Of a stretch of 64,000 nucleotides of DNA, positions 59,464-64,000 are shown piece by piece (position 1 is the first letter of the stretch; each line of letters opens with the position of its first letter). The translations under genes and the position numbers were made by a program. Under the pieces are notes generated by a model. The model worked only from the letters and a program-made list of their open reading frames with translations, did no database searches and had not been told where the DNA came from. The stretch comes from Shinella sp. (lineage in GTDB: Bacteria; Pseudomonadota; Alphaproteobacteria; Rhizobiales; Rhizobiaceae): assembly GCF_035998705.1 (NCBI RefSeq), contig NZ_DASYHH010000021.1:141036-205035 (forward strand). The letters are read 5' to 3'.

Positions 59464-59523
59464 GCGATAGCGAATAGAAGGTAGCGCCTAGAAACTATTC
59501 GCTACTCCCTATTCGCTATTCGC
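59464..59523. repeat. Inverted arrays of the heptamer CTATTCG
   Basis: Right arm CTATTCG-CTACTCC-CTATTCG-CTATTCG (59495-59522); left arm GCGATAG-CGAATAG-AAGGTAG (59464-59484) on the opposite strand. Confidence 0.7.
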
Positions 59524-59531
59524 CCCTCTTC

Positions 59532-60614
59532 TCAATACCCCGATTTGATCTTCTCGAATTCGGCGATCATCTTCTGGCGCAGCTCCGTCGGGATCGGCGC
59601 CTGGAAGAGCGTGTTGGCGACGAAGGAGTCGACATCCGCATAGCCCTTGTCGGCAAGGATCTTCGGATCGACCGCGGCCATGCCCTTGGCGTTGGAATGG
59701 CCGTAACCCCAGTTCTCCACCATATAGGCGGCTACGGCCGGATCGGTGACGGCGTTGAGGTAGTCATAGGCGAGATCGGGGCTGCCTTCGCCGTCCTTCA
59801 GCCGTGAATAGCCGCAGACCCAGGTCGAAAGCCCTTCCTTCGTATCCTTCTTGATCACCACCGGCTGGCCCTCGGCTTGCAGCGTCGTCGCCGTCTCGTT
59901 CCACGCCCAGGCAAGATCGACCTCGCCGCTGGCCATCGCCTGGCTGAGATCCGTATTGTCCGTCCAATAGAGCCGTACGTTCTGGTGCACCGCGCGCAGG
60001 AAGGCCGACGCCTCCTGGAATTGCGCATCCGTCATCGCCGTCAGGTCCTTGAGGCCGATGGCGAGGCCCGCCAGCGCATAGGCGTCGTCGACATTGTCGC
60101 CGATCGACACGCGGTCCTTGAATTTCGGATCAGCAAAGGCCTTCAGCGAGGCGACTTCCTCGGGCTTCACTGTATCCGTACGGTAGGTCAGCACCGTATT
60201 GCCCCATTCGAAGGGAAGGAACCAGGCCGTGCCGTCCTCGGCCGTCATGAGGTTTTTCATGCCCTTGAAGGCCGGCAATATGTCGTTCCATGCCGTGAGT
60301 TTCGACGTGTCGAGAGGCTCCAGCAGCCCGGCCTCGCGCCATTTCACGATACTCTGCGCGCAAGGATGCGCGATATCGGCCTTGAAGCCGGAACGCAGCT
60401 TCTGGAAGGCCTCTTCCTCATCGCCGAAGAACGAGAAATCCGGCGAACCACCATGTTTTTCCACATAGGCGGGGTGGAAGGCCGGGTCCTCGTAGCCGGA
60501 CCAGTCGAAAACAGTGAGCGTATCGGCGGCGACGGCGGGAAGCGCAGTTGTAAGGGCGAGGAGAGCGGCCAATGCCGCCATTGTGGTGCGCTTGGCCCTG
60601 TTTGCAGTCTTCAT
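59532..60614 (-). CDS. Extracellular solute-binding protein (PotD/PotF-like)
   Basis: Signal peptide; LTVFDWSGY, PFEWGNT, MASGEVDLAWAW, GLSTWVCG. Confidence 0.9.
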   Translation of the reverse strand: MKTANRAKRTTMAALAALLALTTALPAVAADTLTVFDWSGYEDPAFHPAYVEKHGGSPDFSFFGDEEEAFQKLRSGFKADIAHPCAQSIVKWREAGLLEPLDTSKLTAWNDILPAFKGMKNLMTAEDGTAWFLPFEWGNTVLTYRTDTVKPEEVASLKAFADPKFKDRVSIGDNVDDAYALAGLAIGLKDLTAMTDAQFQEASAFLRAVHQNVRLYWTDNTDLSQAMASGEVDLAWAWNETATTLQAEGQPVVIKKDTKEGLSTWVCGYSRLKDGEGSPDLAYDYLNAVTDPAVAAYMVENWGYGHSNAKGMAAVDPKILADKGYADVDSFVANTLFQAPIPTELRQKMIAEFEKIKSGY

Positions 60615-60643
60615 GCCGTACTCCTTCCCCGTTTTCGGGTTCC

Positions 60644-61309
60644 CTATTGTGGTTGTGGTCCTTGAAGCGTGAGATGTTTCGGGAAGGCGATCACGACGAA
60701 GGCGATTGCCGCCTCCAGCGCCTTTTCCCGCGTCGTGCCGTCGCCCATCATCAGGCGCAGCCACAGGCCTTCCAGCATGGCGCAGAGCGCCAGCGCCATC
60801 GGCTCCGGCTCATAGCCATAGCCGCCCTCGGCCCTCAGCTCGGTGCAAAGCGAGATCACCGTTTCCTGGTATTTGACGTCACGCGCGCCGCAGAGCGCCT
60901 GATAGGTCGGCCGCGACTTCGCCTCGCCCCAGAACGCGCACCAGGCGGCAAGCTTGCGCTTGGTGCAGATCTTGCGGTCGAAATCCGCGTGCACGATGGC
61001 CCACAGGCGGCTGGCAACGCTTGGGCCGGCCTTTTCCAGCGCGGCATTCCAATGGTCGCCATACTCTTCCGACATATATTGCAGCGTCGCGATGAGCAGG
61101 TTTTCCTTGCTCTCGAAATGGAAGTTGACGATGCCGCGGGAAAGGCCGGCGCCGTCAGCCACGTCGGCGAGCGTTGTGTCGGAATAACCGCGCTTGGCGA
61201 GCGAATCGATCGTCGCCTCGATGAGCTGCTGCCGCCTCGTTTCCTTGGAAGCCTTGCGTCCCCGCTTCTCGCCGTCGCCCGAGCCCTGTTCAGCCCCGCC
61301 TGCCCGCAT
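60644..61309 (-). CDS. TetR family regulator, BetI-like
   Basis: RRQQLIEATIDSLAKRG, GLSRGIVNFHFESKENLL, WCAFWGEA, LEGLWL. Confidence 0.88.
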   Translation of the reverse strand: MRAGGAEQGSGDGEKRGRKASKETRRQQLIEATIDSLAKRGYSDTTLADVADGAGLSRGIVNFHFESKENLLIATLQYMSEEYGDHWNAALEKAGPSVASRLWAIVHADFDRKICTKRKLAAWCAFWGEAKSRPTYQALCGARDVKYQETVISLCTELRAEGGYGYEPEPMALALCAMLEGLWLRLMMGDGTTREKALEAAIAFVVIAFPKHLTLQGPQPQ

Positions 61310-61350
61310 CTTCACCGTCACCTTGCCTCTGGGATTTCTGAGCACCACGG

Positions 61351-62169
61351 TCACGGGTTCACTCCCGCGGCCGGCTTGCTGCCGCGCAGATGAGTGGGAC
61401 AATGCTCTCCGCTGTCAAGAACCTTCTGCATGGCCGTCCAGGTGCGGATATTCTTCGCGACATGGGCTTCGCCCACGGCCTCCACCGCCGCTGCGTAGAG
61501 CGGCCCCTTCAGGCGTTCAAGCTCACCGCGCGCCACCTCGCGATACCAGGCATTGCGGCTTTCGGCCGTCGCATCGATGAAGCCCGCCGCCGCCATCGCC
61601 GCAAGATAGCGGCGCGGCGAGGCCATGCCGAAATGCAGCCCCTCGGCGGCAATATAGTCGGTCATGTCCACGCTCGGCTCACCGTCATGGCCGATCAGCC
61701 AGTCGGAGGCGGCAAACCTGCCGCCGGGTTTCAGCACGCGGAAAAGCTCGGCGAAGAGGGCCTCCTTGTCCGGCACGTGGATCATCGCATCCTTGGAAAA
61801 GACGATGTCGAACTCTCCGTCGTCGAACGGCAGGCGGCCGGGTGGGCTAGACACGAACCGCGCGACGGCGGAGAGCGCTGCGGCATCAGCCGCCGCCCTC
61901 GCCCGCTTGATGACCGGCTGCTCCACGTCGTAGCCGACGATCTGCGCCGGCCCGTAGGTCTTTGCCAGATGCAAGGTGATGCCGCCGGCGCCGCAACCGA
62001 AATCGAGAACGCGTTTGCCCTTGAGGTCGACACCCGCAATCACGCGATCGACTTCCTCTGGTCCACCGGGAGACAGGTATCCTTCTCCCCAAAGGACGCC
62101 GAGGAAGCGGATCGCCGCCTCGTCATATTCCGGCGCCCCTGCCGCATCGCCTTCAACCACTGCCGTCAT
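61351..62169 (-). CDS. Class I SAM-dependent methyltransferase, phosphoethanolamine N-methyltransferase-like
   Basis: [45 protein letters not shown]. Confidence 0.82.
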   Translation of the reverse strand: MTAVVEGDAAGAPEYDEAAIRFLGVLWGEGYLSPGGPEEVDRVIAGVDLKGKRVLDFGCGAGGITLHLAKTYGPAQIVGYDVEQPVIKRARAAADAAALSAVARFVSSPPGRLPFDDGEFDIVFSKDAMIHVPDKEALFAELFRVLKPGGRFAASDWLIGHDGEPSVDMTDYIAAEGLHFGMASPRRYLAAMAAAGFIDATAESRNAWYREVARGELERLKGPLYAAAVEAVGEAHVAKNIRTWTAMQKVLDSGEHCPTHLRGSKPAAGVNP

Positions 62170-62264
62170 GGCATTCCCTTGTCGTGGTCCCTGATACCGG
62201 CTGACCGGCGCTCGTCCATGGGTCGAAATTCTAGCGCATAATCAGGCGATTGCAAGATACTTGC

Positions 62265-62278
62265 TGAATGATCATTCA
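62265..62278. promoter_or_regulatory. BetI-like operator site 3 (TGAATGATCATTCA; perfect 16-bp palindrome 62264-62279)
   Basis: In the divergent methyltransferase/flavoprotein promoter region. Confidence 0.78.
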
Positions 62279-62337
62279 GAATAACTGGACAAGGTTTTGC
62301 TTTTGATGCAGCTTTTAGAAACAAGGGAGACATCAAA

Positions 62338-63957
62338 ATGCAAAAGTACGATGCCCTGATCGTTGGCGGCGGCCATAATGGGCTGGTCACGGCCTGCTAT
62401 TTGCAGCGCTCCGGCCTCAACGTTCTCGTCGTGGAAAAGAATGGGTGGGTCGGCGGCGCGGCGACAAGCCGGGAGCTCACCCCCGGCTTCCTCTATTCCA
62501 ACTGCTCCTACGTCTGCTCCCTCTTCCGCCCGGAGATCATGCGCGACCTCGAACTGCCGAAACACGGCCTCCAGGTCATCGCCTACGAGGGCGGCGCGGT
62601 CTTCACGCGCGACGGCGACTACCTCGCCTCCTACCGCGACCACGACAGCCATCGCCGTGAATTCGCCCGCTACTCCAGGCGCGACGCCGAGGCCTATGAG
62701 CGCTACGCCCGCGACGTCACCCGCCAGTGCCGCTTCATCCAGCCGCTTCTGATGCGCACCGCACCCGACCCGTTCAGTTTTCGCCCGCGCGACATTTCCG
62801 AGCTGCTCTATCTCGCCAAAAAATTCGGGGAGTTCAGCCCGCACGAAATGGCCGAGACGCTGCGCTTCTGGACCATGTCGATCTCCGACTATCTCGACGA
62901 ATATTTCGAAACCGACGTCATCAAGGCCTATCTGGCGCTGTCCGGCATCATCGGCACCGCGCTCGGCCCCATGTCGCCGGGCACGGCCTATGTGCTGCTC
63001 CATCACTATATGGGCGAAGTCGACGGCTCGGTCGGCGCCTGGGGTTATGCCCGCGGCGGCATGGGCGCGGTGACGCAGGCGCTCGCCCGTTCCTTCGAAT
63101 CGGTCGGCGGCACCATCCGCACCGATGCCGAGGTCTCCAAGATCTTGACCCGTGGCGGGCGCACGACCGGCGTCGTGCTCGCCAACGGCGACGAGGTGCG
63201 CGCCGATCTCGTCGTCTCCAATGCCGACGTGAACCGCACCTTCCTGAAGCTCGTCGACGAGGAATCGCTTCCGGGCGACTTCGTCCACCGGGTAAAACAC
63301 TTCAAGATGCGCGGCTCGTCGGGCAAGGTGAACATCGCGCTCGACAGCCTGCCGGAATTCCCGGCGCTGCCGGAAGGCTCCTCCTGCATGCGCGGCGACA
63401 TGCATTTCACCGATTCCATCGAGCGCATGGAACGCGCCTATGACGACTGGAAGGATGGCCGCTGGTCGGCCGATCCCTTCCTCGACATGGTCATCCCGAC
63501 GACGCTCGACCCGACCATGGCCTCGCCCGGCAAACATTTCATGAGCTGTTTCGTGCAATATTGCCCGCCGAAGGTGGAGGGCCGCGACTGGACGGATGCC
63601 GACCGCGACGCTTTCGCCGAAACCGTCATCAGCCAGATCGCCAGCTATTCGCCGGGTTTTCGCGAGCGCATCGTCCATATGGAGGTGCGCACGCCGCGCG
63701 AAATCGAGAACGAGGTGGGCCTCACGGAAGGCAACATCTTTCAAGGTGAACTCACCTTCGACCAGCTTCTCTTCAACCGGCCGGTGCCGGGTTACGCCCA
63801 GTACCGCAGCCCCATCGCCGGCCTCTACATGTGCGGCTCCTCCACCCATCCGGGCGGCGGGGTGATGGGCGCGCCCGGGCGCAACGCCGCCGCCGAAATC
63901 CTGCGCGACCTGAAGCGTACCCCCGAACAGATGAGCAAAGCCCATGACGTCATTTGA
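62338..63957 (+). CDS. Phytoene dehydrogenase-like (PYROXD2-type) FAD oxidoreductase
   Basis: IVGGGHNG, YARGGMG, GNIFQG, YMCGSSTHPGGGVMGAPGRNAA. Confidence 0.9.
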   Translation: MQKYDALIVGGGHNGLVTACYLQRSGLNVLVVEKNGWVGGAATSRELTPGFLYSNCSYVCSLFRPEIMRDLELPKHGLQVIAYEGGAVFTRDGDYLASYRDHDSHRREFARYSRRDAEAYERYARDVTRQCRFIQPLLMRTAPDPFSFRPRDISELLYLAKKFGEFSPHEMAETLRFWTMSISDYLDEYFETDVIKAYLALSGIIGTALGPMSPGTAYVLLHHYMGEVDGSVGAWGYARGGMGAVTQALARSFESVGGTIRTDAEVSKILTRGGRTTGVVLANGDEVRADLVVSNADVNRTFLKLVDEESLPGDFVHRVKHFKMRGSSGKVNIALDSLPEFPALPEGSSCMRGDMHFTDSIERMERAYDDWKDGRWSADPFLDMVIPTTLDPTMASPGKHFMSCFVQYCPPKVEGRDWTDADRDAFAETVISQIASYSPGFRERIVHMEVRTPREIENEVGLTEGNIFQGELTFDQLLFNRPVPGYAQYRSPIAGLYMCGSSTHPGGGVMGAPGRNAAAEILRDLKRTPEQMSKAHDVI

Positions 63958-64000
63958 TGCGATCGTTATCGGCGCCGGCCACAACGGGCTCGCCGCCGCC
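63944..64000 (+). CDS. Second phytoene dehydrogenase-like flavoprotein (partial, runs off window)
   Basis: MTSFDAIVIGAGHNGLAAA, overlapping the previous stop by 14 bp. Confidence 0.8.
   Translation, partial: MTSFDAIVIGAGHNGLAAA

Noticed and set aside
1-64000. CRISPR arrays, rRNA, tRNA, IS or transposase genes, frameshifted pseudogenes
   Set aside because: None found: no regularly spaced repeats with unique spacers, no DDE or tyrosine recombinase motifs, and recognised genes appear intact.

Overview
GC-rich alphaproteobacterial (Rhizobiaceae-type) chromosomal window, mostly core genes with small accessory modules between them. Core genes: ilvC (partial), ilvH, ilvI with an unannotated leader-peptide attenuator, pdxJ, miaA, serB, degP-like protease, hflKC, folA, thyA, two-piece tmRNA with sspB, AsmA, RND efflux pair, UvrD/PcrA, RecD-like helicase and a HerA-like ATPase. 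Accessory genes: Co-type nitrile hydratase operon, QorR/QorB, racemase/Lrp, cyclase/CMD, PAS-MCP, DUF2778 (Tlde1-like) protein, amidase and a TetR/NmrA/DUF1772 module. The best candidate for an undescribed system is the right-hand ~10.4 kb (53598-64000). It holds a Rieske oxygenase, a class III aminotransferase, a split polyamine-type ABC transporter, a BetI-like repressor, a phosphoethanolamine-methyltransferase-like enzyme and tandem phytoene-dehydrogenase-like flavoproteins. These are tied together by three copies of the palindrome TGAATG-WW-CRTTCA, one in each promoter region. Non-coding structure includes a 45-bp perfect inverted-repeat element, two copies of a dispersed palindromic repeat with a compensatory base change, an inverted heptamer array and several operator-like repeats. 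No integrase, transposase, CRISPR array, rRNA or tRNA was seen. All family assignments come from motif recognition by eye, not database searches. Start codons were adjusted by hand where an RBS or family N-terminus suggested it.
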